Program-made: the position numbers and the translations under genes | The notes under the pieces: model-generated | Databases searched by the model: none | What the model was told of the DNA's origin: nothing | The model's input: only the letters and a program-made list of their open reading frames with translations | NCBI GenBank assembly: GCA_030704615.1 | Contig: CM060731.1 | Coordinates: forward strand, 29,450,001-29,514,000 | Source: Takakia lepidozioides | Lineage: Eukaryota > Plantae > Bryophyta | Length of the DNA stretch: 64,000 nt | Direction of reading: 5' to 3' | Shown here: one piece after another, positions 21,896-35,049 of the stretch | How positions within the stretch are numbered: position 1 is the first letter of the stretch | Layout of the letters: each line of letters opens with the position of its first letter

Positions 21896-24075
21896 GGGAT
21901 ACAAATCAAAAATTCTGACATACCAAAGACTGGATTTCGGTCTTGCTTTGGGCATTACGAATTCTTGGTCATGTTATTTGGGCTCACAAATGCTCCAGCA
22001 AAGTTCACACATCTGATGAATTCACTGTTTTAAAAATATTTGGGAAAAATGGTCCTGGTCTATAGTCTAAATGGATTGAGCTATGTTGATGCAAGATGGG
22101 CAAGTAATTGTCTATGAATCTCGGAAGATCAGTCCAGTGGAGAAAAACTACCCGATTCATGAAAAATGAATTGTTGGCGATAGTTCATGCTTTGAAGATA
22201 TGGAGGCATTATCTTCTTTCTGTTCATTTTATAATAGAAACTGACCATCAAAGTTTGAAGTACTTGACCACGCAACCCCATTTGAGTCAGTGCTTCAACA
22301 GTTCCATTATGACCTGAAGTATGTCAAAGGAAGAGAAAACGTGATTGTTGATGCACTTTCTAGGAGACTGTTACAAGTTAATGCTGTCTCATGTATCAGT
22401 AGCACTATATTTCAGGACGTTAAAGTTCAGTATGAGATTGATAGATTTTTCAAAGAACTATTTGAGAGTTTGTCTCATGACCAGCTCGGACTTCTAATGA
22501 GAAAGAGAAACATCGGCCATACCTCTTGAGAGCCTATGAGGCGTTGTTTTATAATGGTCGGTTGTGTGTTCCCATGATCCCAGACCTAAGATTGCGAATT
22601 ATTCATGGTAGTCATAATGTTCCAATCTCAGGACACCCGGGCATTCAGATGACCTACTGGTCAATACGACAGCACTACTTTTGGCCAAGTATGAAAAGAG
22701 AAATCAAAGATTATGTGCAGAGATGTTTCCTTTGTCAGGTTTCGAAGTCGGAAATAGTCAGACCTCCCCCACCAAATACAGACAATGTTCCCACGAGGAC
22801 TGTCTCTCACCAACGTACATGATCCTTAATATCTCTTCAATTGTACGATTGGTTCGTTCTGGTTAGACATCTGTTTTTGGGTGAAAGGCTGTACTTAGCC
22901 TTACATTGGTTCCCAATTTCTTGAACAAGTCAGACCAAAAGCGACTTGTAAACATTAAATCTCTATCACAAATAATTTCACGAGGCAGACCATGAATCTT
23001 GAATATCTCTTTCATGAACAAGGATGCAACATCAGATGTCGTAGCACTCATCCTTGTAGGCATCAAATGGGCTATCTTAGACAGCCTAGATCTACAACCA
23101 CCATGATACTGTCATGGCCATTTTCTGGTCCTGGGCAAAGCCACAATGAAATCCATGCTGATAGATTCCCAATTCCATCCACAAACAGATAAATGTTATA
23201 ACAAGCATTTTCATAGTGCCATTGGCATGAGTCCATTTGAAGTCTTATATGGATGAGATTGTTTAGCTCATGCTTCGCTTGTTGTACCACCATCAAATGT
23301 GTAGAGTGTAAATGACAGAATCAAATAAATGCATTATGTACTAGACCTCTGGTGAAGTGTAGTATGCAGGGTGCACAAGAATGGGCCAAGTTCTTTGCTG
23401 ACAAGCATAGGACAACTTTTCGTGAATTTTCTGTTGGTCATGATATGGTATTCTTGAAGGTTAGACAACCAATATGTAACCCAGTGGTAATGGGCACATA
23501 CCACGTTGGATGTGGTTGTGGGTTCAAACCAAGGTCTGGTGTGTCATGAAGGTGTCCATCTTTAAGCTGGAAGGCAGTAGCCCTTGCGGTGAAGTCACAC
23601 CATAAGTTACACTCCCTTCGGGAGGCGTCATATATATATATATATATTTTTAACTTTTTCTTGAAGGTTCCACCTAAGAGAAGCAATTTGACACTTGGCA
23701 AGTGTTATAAGCTGTCACCAAGATTTTGTGGCCTATTCAAAATCCTAAAACGCCATGGTAAAGTGGCCTATGAATTAGATCTGCCTCCCACGTGGACAAA
23801 GTTTTCCATGTCAACCTTCTCCGGAAGTATATGTCAGACCCGTCACACATCTTGCCCACATTGCCTCGAGCTATAAGCGAGGGACAGTTGTGGCTGAATC
23901 TGAAAAGGTTTTAAAAACTCGAGTGAAGCACTTGCGCAACCAATCTTGGAAAGAACATTTGATTAAATAGTTGCATTACCTAGAGACAGAGGCTACTTGG
24001 GCTCCAGAATTGACATTGAATTATCCTTCATTTTCTGTCATTGAGGACAATGACCTGCCTTTGGGAAGGGGAGCT
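21896..24075 (+). mobile_element. Heavily deleted chromovirus-type Ty3/Gypsy remnant with inverted integrase core
   Basis: [17 protein letters not shown], ELLAIVHALKIWRHYL, ETDHQSL, GHPGIQMTY. Integrase core on the minus strand at about 22771-23175. Chromodomain-like EHLIK*LHYLETEATW (about 23950-24000); PPT GGGAAGGGGAG at about 24063-24073. Confidence 0.85.
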
Positions 24076-24781
24076 TGTTAGGTGCGAACAAAGCTCAGCC
24101 TGGAACTGTGAACCAGTTCGCAAGAGCGAAGGCAACCGCTGAAGTTTCGGACAAGCCACTGACGGACAGCTGTAGCTGCAGGTGATAAATCGGGCAAGCT
24201 CGTGAGTCTCAGGGGGCTAGGGATTCAAGCGAGGGATGAAGAAGGAGAACTAGGGATGATGACGAAAAAGGCTGCGTTGTGAGTACTCTTTCGGCAAGTC
24301 TGGAATTGAGGAAGATGCACACTGATTTATAAAGAGATGACCTACAGGATAAAGTGGACGTATGATATGTACAGAAAATATAGATAGATAGCATGGTGTG
24401 GTGGTAGGGTGGACCGGAAGTGGTATCCGGAACTGTGCTGTTAGATCAAGTCGTTGAACTAGAGATAGTTGTTGGTTTTCCATACTGTCAAGAACCAAAA
24501 CCGTGAGCTTCCTTTCTGTACAGAGTCAACCTTTGTAACTCAAGCAAACAAAGTGTTGACTGGGAATGAGATCGAATTGGCTTGGATTCGTGTCATGTAT
24601 GGTTCAGAACTGGGTTGAATTGGACTTGTGCTATAATTGAGATCTAGTGAGACTTGTCATTACTTCAAAGAGAATGTGTTTTGCTTTTCATAAAGGTCAT
24701 TGGTTTCAAGAGAATTGGGATGGGCTATCTCTCCCAAGGGTGATCACCAAGACAGTTTCATTTAACTTGAAAAGAATAACA
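24076..24781 (+). repeat. Probable 3' LTR of the chromovirus remnant
   Basis: TGTTA directly after the PPT; candidate inverted end TAACA at 24777-24781. No second copy in the window. Confidence 0.5.
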
Positions 24782-24868
24782 GAGTTTACAATGACAGACC
24801 TAGTTATGAGTTTTATGTGATCAGCCTCTGGGCTCTAGGCCAGTGTGGATGGAGAACAGAAAAAAAAA

Positions 24869-25016
24869 ATTTTGAAGTTCCAAATTTTGGAACCCTGACG
24901 GACGTGGAACAAATCACAAAAGCAAATGATTACCAAGACCCTATTTTGAAGTTCCAAATTTTGGAACCCTGACGGACATGTGGAACAAATCACAAAAGCA
25001 AATGATTACCAAGACA
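24869..25016. repeat. About 75-bp tandem duplication
   Basis: ttttgaagttccaaattttggaaccctgacggac...gattaccaagac occurs twice. Confidence 0.9.
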
Positions 25017-25334
25017 GGCTGGGCCAGAGAACCCTGAAATGATCTTAGTGTGACTCCACTAAATAGGATGACTTTACAAGTTCCAGCTACATTTCAGAAC
25101 AGAAGTAGCCTGCACAACAAGGGCAAAATGTATACATCAATCCTCAGATCTCTTGTGAAATCTCCCATTTCCTGCTTTACTTCCCCCAAAAGATCATGCT
25201 CACTCTTGCAGAATGGGCTCCATATAGACTGAATGGGCCAGCGAGTTAGTCAAACCAAAGTGACTCACTGTGCGTCTCCAAGCAACAAAACAAAACCTGA
25301 CCGCAAGGAGAGGTTTTACAATTGAAGTTTGGAT

Positions 25335-26879
25335 TCATTGGTAAGTGGGGGCCAGAATAAACTCTGGGGAACCTCCTGGAAAGGCAATCCCAGGCTTCCC
25401 ATCAGCAGGCCATAAAGAATCCAGATGCCCTCTAAAACTACCTTTGCCAATCTCTTCCCTCCTACCAGAACCCAAAGTCTTATCTGAAACAGTCCTCCTT
25501 ACGGGAACTGCTCGGACATCCCCCTTAATTGTCCCCTTAATCCCTATCTCCGAGGGATAACTATCAGTCAAATCACGTCCAAACAGGTTCATGGAGAGAA
25601 TGTCACCAGTGCTCATGGTGTGCACACTTGGTTCAGAACTGTAGCTTCTGCTGTAGGCTGCCGAGGAGGAGCCATTCATATTTACATGCTGGAATTCATC
25701 AAGAAGAGTTGAGCTTCTGCCTGTTGGCCTGACAGGTGGGGAATCGACAGAACTGTATCTACCGCCTTCAGGAGATGCACTTCGTCCAGATGGCGAGGCA
25801 GTTTTGGAGATAGGAGAACTAGATTGAGGGATCGGAGATGCAGCCAGGCCCGCCACCAGTTTCTGGATCTCGTCAGAATTCAGATAATTGCATGCAGCCA
25901 CAAAATTGGTGACATGGTAAGAAAGCTCCCCTCCCTCCCCTTCTTGACTACGCAGAGAGAGAAAGTTCTCCATGTAGCATGCATTCGCCTGCAAATTCGT
26001 CACTCTTGCTCTGGCCATGAGGAGTAGCATGAAAGAAAGAAGGTCATCTGTACATGGCAGCAATCCATCTGTATCTGCCGCCGTTCCCTTGCAAGAAGTG
26101 ATCACACTCTGAATGCCCTCCATTATGCAATTGATAGTCTTGCGCAAACAGACAGCTTTTTCCCGAGGCGTCCGAAGCCTGTTAATCGAGCGGAACTGCA
26201 AAAGTGCATCTCCCAACACGAAGTCCTTGAATTCTCCTCTCACGCCGAGAACTAAAGGATCGACATTGTCGAGTTTCCCGAGGGTCTGATCCAGCAGTTT
26301 GTCACTTTGGCCAAACATTTGCTTGCATGCCCCCATGATCTTGTCATACGCAGCTCCAAGCACCCAGGCCTCGCATGCGCTCCACAGCTGTTTCATTTGC
26401 TCCTCATTTTCCACACAACACTCGAGTCTAGGATTGCATACCAGAAGCTGATCCACCAGCGTCTTCACAATCCGGCGTAACGTCCCCTTCCAAGCCTCCA
26501 GCCGCAGTTCGTCAGGAAGCGACGAGTCTCCCATCTGATACGATCCCTTGAAATGATCCACCATGGATGCAGCATGCCCCAAAGCATGCACGTTCAAACC
26601 ACTGGACTTCAGAAAATCCGTACATCCTTGAAGAGTGTCCAGATCTGGCCAGAGAGGCGTCACATTTGAGGGCCGAACCTTCACAACACCTTTCTCCGCT
26701 TTCTCGCCCCGTCCGACCGTGACCGCCTTGGGAGCATTGGCCTCCCACTTCAACCCCGACAGCAACCTCAACTGCAGGCTCGCCTTCACTCCCCGCCCCG
26801 ACGAACTTGCCCCCTCTCCCCCCTGCCTACTCTCTCGCTTGGACTTGGACGCAGATTTCCTGAAAGAAAACTTCATCAT
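25335..26879 (-). CDS. VPS9-domain protein (Rab5-family GEF), intronless, about 514 aa
   Basis: INRLRTPREKAVCL...TDDLLSFMLLL...NLQANACYMENF...GELSYHVTNFVAACNYL follows the VPS9 pattern. First ATG at 26879; Ser-rich tail. Confidence 0.85.
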   Translation of the reverse strand: MMKFSFRKSASKSKRESRQGGEGASSSGRGVKASLQLRLLSGLKWEANAPKAVTVGRGEKAEKGVVKVRPSNVTPLWPDLDTLQGCTDFLKSSGLNVHALGHAASMVDHFKGSYQMGDSSLPDELRLEAWKGTLRRIVKTLVDQLLVCNPRLECCVENEEQMKQLWSACEAWVLGAAYDKIMGACKQMFGQSDKLLDQTLGKLDNVDPLVLGVRGEFKDFVLGDALLQFRSINRLRTPREKAVCLRKTINCIMEGIQSVITSCKGTAADTDGLLPCTDDLLSFMLLLMARARVTNLQANACYMENFLSLRSQEGEGGELSYHVTNFVAACNYLNSDEIQKLVAGLAASPIPQSSSPISKTASPSGRSASPEGGRYSSVDSPPVRPTGRSSTLLDEFQHVNMNGSSSAAYSRSYSSEPSVHTMSTGDILSMNLFGRDLTDSYPSEIGIKGTIKGDVRAVPVRRTVSDKTLGSGRREEIGKGSFRGHLDSLWPADGKPGIAFPGGSPEFILAPTYQ

Positions 26880-28669
26880 TTGCGACAAACCATTACCTCC
26901 TCACATCCCCTCCCTTCTCTCTCACTGCAGCCACACCAACCACGGCCTGGATCGCTCTGCAACCATCGCCATGGCTGCCTTATTCCTTCTCCCCTCTCCT
27001 CCTCCATCTTCCTGCTCTCCGTTTCTTGAGGGCACTGTCTCTATTGTTCACTAATAAGTATTATCTTAACCCTTAACTTAGCCCTAACCGGCCCTAACTG
27101 GTGAGGGTTATAGTTAGGGCCGGTTTATTAGTCCCTACTTTGGCGGTCCCTCCCGAGTCCCAAGGGATCTTGGACCTAGTCTTCCGATGAACACTCGCAG
27201 TCAAGCATCTATGGGCCATGCAGACCCCGGGTTGCAGCCTATGTTTCACCGGGTGGTGCAACACAAAACAGTGGGCAGACCGAGTAGCACACAAGGTAAG
27301 AAAAACTCGGACCCTGAATTTAGTAATTTGCTTTTATATATTTCTGATAGTATTTTTTATGATAGTATTTTGGGTCTGCCCAATTTTTTATTTTTTATTT
27401 TTTATTTTTTCCTGACCTCTCTGTAAAGACAGACAAAGCAACCCCCAGCTGAAAAGTTTGAAATTCTGTAGGAGGGTGTCCAGAAATGAGACAAGTAAGC
27501 AGCTGCGCAGCCCGTAGAGCAGACCAAGACGAAGAAGGAGGTCGAGAATCGAGAAGTCACCACAAAAGTGAGAGAAACTACATTCAGGTCATTTTTTAGG
27601 TCTCTGAAGTGATTTATAATGAATGACCTCAACATTAACCCCTAAAGGGACGCGACCTGAACATAGATGTTAACGTGAGGTCCTTTATTTTAAGAGTCCT
27701 TAGATCTAGAGTCACACCAATTAAAATCCCCTTCCTCACTCTCAACAAAAGAAGGTTCAGGGTGGTATCCCATTGTAAGCCTTCATGGCCCCACATGGTT
27801 AATTTTTCCATGTCCTCTTGATTCATTTCCAGTGCCCTTGCCCTGTTTAAGGAAAAAAAAAAAAAAAAGAAGCTCCATTCATGAAGGATTGCATTTTTCC
27901 ATGGAACGAGTGACTCAGAAATGTTGGTGGCAATGTAGTCGCCATTGGCCTAGGAATTGTCAAATGTCTTGAGGACCTGTGATGCTTGCGTTGTGAAGCC
28001 TGGGGTAGAGCTGCACACATGACCATCCAGGTTTTCTTCCCTTCAGTCATCAAATCAATGCAAATGTTAAACATTTACACATCTGATATTGGCAGCTTTT
28101 CTGTTTGACTGCCCTTGGACAAGTCACAAGACAACGTTCAATTGTCAAACTTTCAGAAATTAGTTACCCCACTTGCACATTTCCATGGCGAGATTATTCC
28201 ACCATTTTGACGACCATCATCAGTATGATGATTATTATCCAACCATGGTTCCTTTTTATCCAATAGGATATCATAAAAATAGCTTTGTGAAAATGTTTTT
28301 TTTAACTGTTGTGAGCAGATTTTGTTTTGTAATGGCATTATCCCAGGATATTATGGGAGTATTTTCCAGAATATTCCACTATGCTCACCTGCCCATTCTG
28401 TCCATGAGCATGCGCTCATCAAATATACAGCGGGCGCGGAGATTTCTTGTATACCATAGAATGTAACAATGGACCCACTCACTTAAATATAAGCTTGAAA
28501 TAGTCGCACTAAAAAGTCCAAGACCACATGCTAACTCATCAATATAGTGGATTGTGCTGCTATTCCAAACTCATAACCTGTGGGCACTGGGCCGACATTG
28601 GCACATCAATTTGGTTTATCCATCAGAACTGGGAAAACCTTGTGAGTGGCAGACAGAATGCCATAGCCA

Positions 28670-28910
28670 GAGAGCTTGTGAGGGGTGATGGCTACCAAGG
28701 TCACATTTATTTGTGTGCTCAATGCTTGTGGCCGCCTAGGAGTCTTGGAAGAGAGGTAAGCAGATTCATGCTAACATCATTAAATCTGGAATCGTGCCGA
28801 ATATATATGTGGAGACTGCCCTTGCGGACATGTATGTCAAATGTGGGAGCAAGACGGATGCACCTCAAGTGTTTGACAAAATGTTTCAGCGAAATGTGGT
28901 CTCAGGGAGT
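28670..28910 (+). pseudogene. PPR gene fragment (part of one PLS triplet)
   Basis: KVTFICVLNAC and ETALADMYVKCGSKTDAPQVFDKMFQRNVVS, frameshifted; similar to the neighbouring PPR genes. Confidence 0.8.
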
Positions 28911-29449
28911 GCAACATTCTGGTGGCTATTGGATATCAGAGCTGGTGGTCTTAAGCATTGTTCTTCAAGGGGAAACATATGGCAGAAGCAGGTGGTACAA
29001 CAAACGCATTTTTCTGGAATTCTATTGCTCTCACCTTTTTGCAGAGATGTCCCTCTTAATGTCCCTGCTTGAAGCCAGCTAGAGTTGGCCGCAATCTTGT
29101 GGAATGTGTGATGAATTCTTGTTTGCCAAAACTGCATGTCTGGACCTTTGCCAGCTCCCCGTCCCCTCAGGAAGTCTCGGTACCTTGTTTGTTGCGAAAC
29201 AGCCCGGACCATCTCATCTGTAATCGCAACGTACAGGTTCCGCCCGTTTTTGCCGGATCGGACAATAGGTCCCATCGTCCCATCCCGTGGGGCACCCCGC
29301 CCGTGCGTGTGAAGAAACTTAGAGATCTATGGGTAACTTCCAGAACTCGAAGATTATTCCTAGCAAGCCTAGCAAGGACCCTCACGCCACTTGAGAAACC
29401 TCCTGCTTAGCTTCTGCTAGGGGAGCTGGATGAGAAAGCATTTGTTTGC

Positions 29450-29650
29450 CATTTCAATCAATTTTGATTCATGTCATACTTGTCTAAGACCTGTCAGATG
29501 GTATGTAGAACATACTAGCAAAGTTTGAAACCAAGCAAAAACCATTTGGATGGGGAACCATTAGTTCGTCCTTTTGACAATCAATTTCGATTGATCCCAT
29601 ACTTGTGTAGGACCTATCAAAGGGTATGTAGAGCATACTAGCAAAATTTG
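29450..29650 (-). repeat. Inverted copy of the 120-bp repeat seen at 5.6-6.1 kb
   Basis: aatcaattttgattcatgtcatacttgtc...catttggatggggaaccatt is the reverse complement of that unit. Confidence 0.8.
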
Positions 29651-32622
29651 AATACTTTTTGGTACTAATCCATTCATGGATGTACTCGCAGATTCACTGT
29701 CATCACTTACATAGACAAGAAAAAAGGGATGCAGAAAAATGTCTTGAAGCTGCCTGCCAATGTGGGCAACAACATTTAGAGTTTATATTGTTGATATTGT
29801 CGAGAGGTTGGGATTCATTGTACATAGTGTCGAGTTCGTTAGTTCGCTTAAGTTGGAGCCTGCCTCTCAACCCACCTCAATGGCGCGCAGGTGTACTCGC
29901 TGCCCCTGACCCACAATAGCGGCAACGAGGCCCACCCCAAATCAGAGTGGATTGAGCTGGCCATCTTCAAATTCGACAGAATCAGTAAGCAAAATCAATT
30001 ACGGGCTGTTTATGGAAGGGACAGCTGACTTGTAGGGTTGAAATATGGACGTAGACCTACCCAATCAGACAAGGATAATTGAGACTACATAGTGCAATTC
30101 ATGGTTTCATATCATATGTAAGTAGGCAAGCACACTTCCAACGTGCAGTGGGAGATCAGAGGACAGCAACTTGGACGCTTATTTAAGCTTGTTGATGGCG
30201 TTCACGGCAACCAGTTATGACGGTTGTTGTCCCCATGTTTCCAAAAACTGAGCAAAAACCACTAGGTATATATCACTTGAGAGACTTGATCCACACTGCT
30301 CACAACACACCCATAGTAGGTATAATAGTGGGGCCTCCCAATCTGACGCCTGTTTATGGCCGGTTGTTTGCAAGCGCTGGTATGGTTCATTTGTCACGGT
30401 CTAGAAGCAAGAGATGTGCATAGACCTAAGATAACCAATTCACAATCCAGGAAAAGTACATTGTACATGGCAGGCTTTGATCATCATGGCCAACTCAAAA
30501 CATTACTCAGCCCCTTTGAAAGAACCCATGTATATATTTTCTGTACATGAGTACCTATGTCACTATCAAATAAGTACCCAACATTGTTGCGTAGAATTTG
30601 AAGGTCAAGACTCGCTTGTTGCACGAAGCGTATTAGATTATCCAAGTGTTTTTTTTTGTTGTACATAGTACAACTTTGTATTGGTGTTTCACCCACTTTT
30701 AATTTTATATACAGAAGCTGCTTTCCTCCATCTATACGTGCAACGTGGTTTTTTTTCAACGAAAGCCCATCAAGCATCTATACGTGCAACGTGATTTTTT
30801 TTTCAAGGAACGCCCACCAACCATCATAATACTAATACAAACATTACTGATTACTGAAAATACTAAACAAATACTACGGTACTGGAATTCGGTAAACTGT
30901 GCTGGACACCGCCGCTGTACAACACTATTCAACGTACATGCATGCACCCCCGGTAACCCTCCTCACACTCTTCAAATTCTTCTCGATCACGATGTCATCA
31001 TAAACTTGTGTACTATACAAGAATTTCGAAGGTTAACAACTTCGGACTCGGTCATGGCGGGGTTAGGTTGACAGAGAGGCCAAAATTTCTCCTCTCACTA
31101 TGAGTAAGGAAGGGGCAGCCTGATTTGTGAGTGGTCGCTCGGGGTGTTTCCCTTTTAGGGTGATTGCAACCTACAGTGTCCATTTTATGACGTAAATGCG
31201 TCAATTTTCCTGTACATAGATTGTTGGTTTTGATCTACAATCTTATATTTCTATGAAATTTCTTAAAAGGGACTCACAACATTGTACCTATCTACATGTA
31301 GTATCTACCTTCTCGGACTTGCCCCCAAAAACCGTTATCTCTAGAAGTGATGGACTTTATGAAAAGTCCATAAGCTTTTGTTACAGTCCATACAAAACTT
31401 GTTATGGACTCATTATATGTTAGATTTTGTAACATAATTGGAATAAGGGACTTGGCCCTCCCTTGCTATTATGATAAAGAATCTAGTGTGAGAGTTTTTT
31501 AACATTTTTACTCATTAAACTAAATTTTATGTACTTTATCAACCTATCAATAACAGCCATTTTCATAAAGTCCTTTACAATATGAAAACCAAAACACCCC
31601 ATGAGTTGTCTTCATTAAATACAACTATTTATTATAGATGAAGGATGGCCCAAGGTCAAATTTTCAAAAACATGTACTTTTGTGATTATGGTTAAGTTTG
31701 GATTACGTCATCGACGACACGTGACGGCATATATCCTCCATAACATCTTTTTTTTTCCCATTTGAAATGACAGTATCCCAACAATAGACGTTCCACATGA
31801 TATAGTGCAAGTGAATCCATGTTTTGGTTTTTTTTCACGATTTTTGTTATTTTTATCTTATGTACTTTTATGTAGGCCACATCTTCAACTTTTTGGTCCA
31901 CTCTTAGTTGCAACTACCCTTTAATTCATGAGAAAAAAAAACTCTTTGCGTATGACTCATCGCTGTTATATTGCGCAAAGGATCACGGAGATGGGATCAT
32001 CAAGTTGACCGAGAGTGCAAGTCAAAATGGTTGCGGTCACGACGTTACGACACGAGAGAGAAAATGCTGCAGACACTGTGCGAAAAAAGTCACTCCCGGA
32101 GATACGGTAAGCGTATACCGTAGTGGGATATCTGGTTAGGCACTTGCCTGCCTACTAATTATTTTTGGGGCCATTTGGCAGTTAGGCACTTTTGAGATTT
32201 TCTTAAAATTAGGCATCTTGGATGTGTAATTTTTTCAAATTAGGCAACTAAAACTAATGATCACAAAATGAATATATCCGAATATAATTGAAGTGAATGT
32301 TGAAGTGAATACAAGTGAATGAATATATGAATAGATTCGGATAGATTGAATAAGCGAATATACACGATCGCTCGCCGTTGCATAAAAGGGCCTTCCCTTC
32401 TTCTTCATGCAATCTGTACTCTACATACCTGCGAGTTGATTAAACTTGAAAGAGATCTACAGTCCTAAGAGCGAGAGGCTTGGGAGGTAGAATATATAGA
32501 GAGAGAGGGCGATTTTTTCTCTGAATGATCCAAGTACAGCAGCTCAATTGATCTAAGGAGGAGGGAGAAAGAGAGGAGTAGAGTAAGTGTGCGAGGGGCA
32601 TCCACTTTGGGCACGTTGGGCG

Positions 32623-33177
32623 ATGGCCAAACTGCAGGAAGCCATGGGGCCTCTTGTGGTAGTGGGATTTCTGGCGATTTTGATGCTGGGTACGCCTGTG
32701 ATGGGCCAACATGAATTTGAATCCGCCTTCAAGACCACGAATCTCACTTGGTACCAGAAAGAATTTTATGGGTTGGAATTGAATGACAGCATTGTGGAGC
32801 TTACAAATTCAACCTTAGGAAGATTGTCTGTGTTTGAAGAGTATGCGACTGCGACACAAGACGTGAATTCCACATTGTACGGTGTAATGGTTGGGACCTC
32901 AACGTATCACTTCCAGTCCGCCACCTTCAGAGTCTTGATAGTCGCCACTGCTAAATTCACCACCCCCTACAATGGGACGTTCAACATCCAAGGTATCATC
33001 GATGTCTTTGCTAAATCAAGCACTCTGGCCATCAATGGTGGCACCGGCGACTTCCTGAACCTGGTCAAGGGCTATATCGTTACCGAAACCATCGTACGCG
33101 GCACAGGGTACGATATAAACGAGTGGACCGCTTATTTCCTGTGGGGTCCTCAACACAGCGAAGGACATGGATACTAA
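32623..33177 (+). CDS. Dirigent-like secreted protein, 184 aa
   Basis: Hydrophobic signal peptide, LGRLSVFEE, FNIQG, LAINGGTGDFLNLVKGY (dirigent GGTGDF motif) and several NxS/T sequons. Confidence 0.8.
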   Translation: MAKLQEAMGPLVVVGFLAILMLGTPVMGQHEFESAFKTTNLTWYQKEFYGLELNDSIVELTNSTLGRLSVFEEYATATQDVNSTLYGVMVGTSTYHFQSATFRVLIVATAKFTTPYNGTFNIQGIIDVFAKSSTLAINGGTGDFLNLVKGYIVTETIVRGTGYDINEWTAYFLWGPQHSEGHGY

Positions 33178-35049
33178 GCCTACTGTCTCTTGAGCAGACG
33201 AACAAATAAGGTCAGGTGGATCGCGCATTGCGACCTTCTTGCAGTCCTAACTAGTACAGTTTATCTCAACAGTCGCAATGTCCAACAAGCAAGCTTTTCT
33301 TCTCTATAGATCTGTATGTCTCTGAAAGCGAGTAATGGCGGAAAGATTGGACAATAAGCTCGTGTACCGTGCAGCTTTAGTGTTGCATCCACATGAGGTG
33401 GTATTGCGGTCAAGGGTCAGCCAGGATCCCTCCCCTTTGAAATAATTTACTAGTTCTTAGATTACCAGTTTTGAGATTAACGATTGTATCGGACGTCTAT
33501 TAATAAAAAGTGCTCATTCAGCTAAATTGTATAACTGGGTAAGAGTTTGCAAATGCGGGTTAAATATTTAGTAACGATACCAAGGGAGAAGTGCCCCGAG
33601 GGGTCTAGCAGAGTTCGAGCAGACTTCCAGATCAAGTTGAAACTAGAGCCCTCCTTAAACCGATGAGCTGCAGAGATATGATGATTGTACAATCCGGCTC
33701 TCATCAGATGGGATGGGAGTGTTGTAATATCACTGTTTCAATCCTATGCGAGTGGGACATTGTGTAGATTTACAAAAATAGCAATCCATTATGCATGTTC
33801 CTTTGACAGGTACCATATATATACCATGGTCTCTGTGATTATACAATTCCCAGAAGACAGTCCCTATGGTGCTGACCTTTCTAGGGGCTGTTGTGTCAAG
33901 AGACTGTGGTAGAGCTGATCTGGAAAATCATAGCTAACAAAATGGAAGTGTCTGGCTTCATTTACCAGGCAACAAGGCCCACATTCTCAACTCGACAGAA
34001 ACAAACTAATACATGGCAGATTTTTTGGAGATCTGCACACACAATTCTTCGCTGTGCTGGTTATAACTTAGTAAGGACAACACACATGTGGACATTAAGA
34101 GCTGAAGCAGCCTCAAAGCATCATCTCACAATTGATGTAATGTGGGAAGCCATGGAAACATGTTTCCCATCATTCGCAGCCACCCACCCCGTGATATGAG
34201 GTTTAAAACTACCTTTCCACAAATGGACAATTACTGATACCTGCCTTTCTTGGCAGTTCCAACAAGGCACACTCTCTTTTGTTACAAGAGGGGCAGTTCC
34301 ACTAACTCAGCATACTAAGTGCAGATAGGAACCATACTCCCTTCTCTTGCTCCCACTGTGCAAGCACAACCCTTCAAAATGGCAAGCCTGTTCCAGAGTT
34401 TGAGCAAACACTTGAACTGGCGAAAATGAACTCTCCCTACTAGTACACAGCAAAAAATTAGATGGCTGTCATTGATCTGCCAGCCATATATGACCACATT
34501 GTGCCCCTGCATACATACAAAGAAATGGCAAGGCTTGATTTGTCACTCACTTCCACACTCACCTACTTGTTACCAACACTCCAAACCCTAGTTGCTTCCA
34601 GGTACATCTGACAATTACTCTGTCTGCTCACCTTCTCCATCCAAATTTTGCAGAGGATGCCACAAGGGTTGAGTAAGCACATAGGAACACAGTGTGCATA
34701 TCATCTCTTCACCAGCCACCAAAGGTTTGGACTTTTCATCTCCCCCAGGTCATGTCCCTAGCTGGTTTGACATTTGGAGATATTCAAAGAGCCCAATGCT
34801 TGCATCTCATATCCAATCCCTCATCAGATTATCACTTCTCCCAAGATCCTTTGCAACACTTCACTGGTATCTATGACAATGTGTAGACTGAACACATTCA
34901 AAAGATCTCCATGTCACAACTCAACTTTTCTATCTGTGAAACCTCCAGGCATGGGGCATCACAATCCAAGAGACACCCTTGTGATGAACTGTACAAATAA
35001 GAGTTGATATTTATCTTAGTATCGAGGAGAAGAGTTGATAATACCTCAC

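Noticed and set aside
27065-27125. Telomere-like CCCTAA/TTAGGG pieces (also about 6787 and 36613)
   Set aside because: Too few and irregular for an interstitial telomere; only a small hairpin or telo-box.
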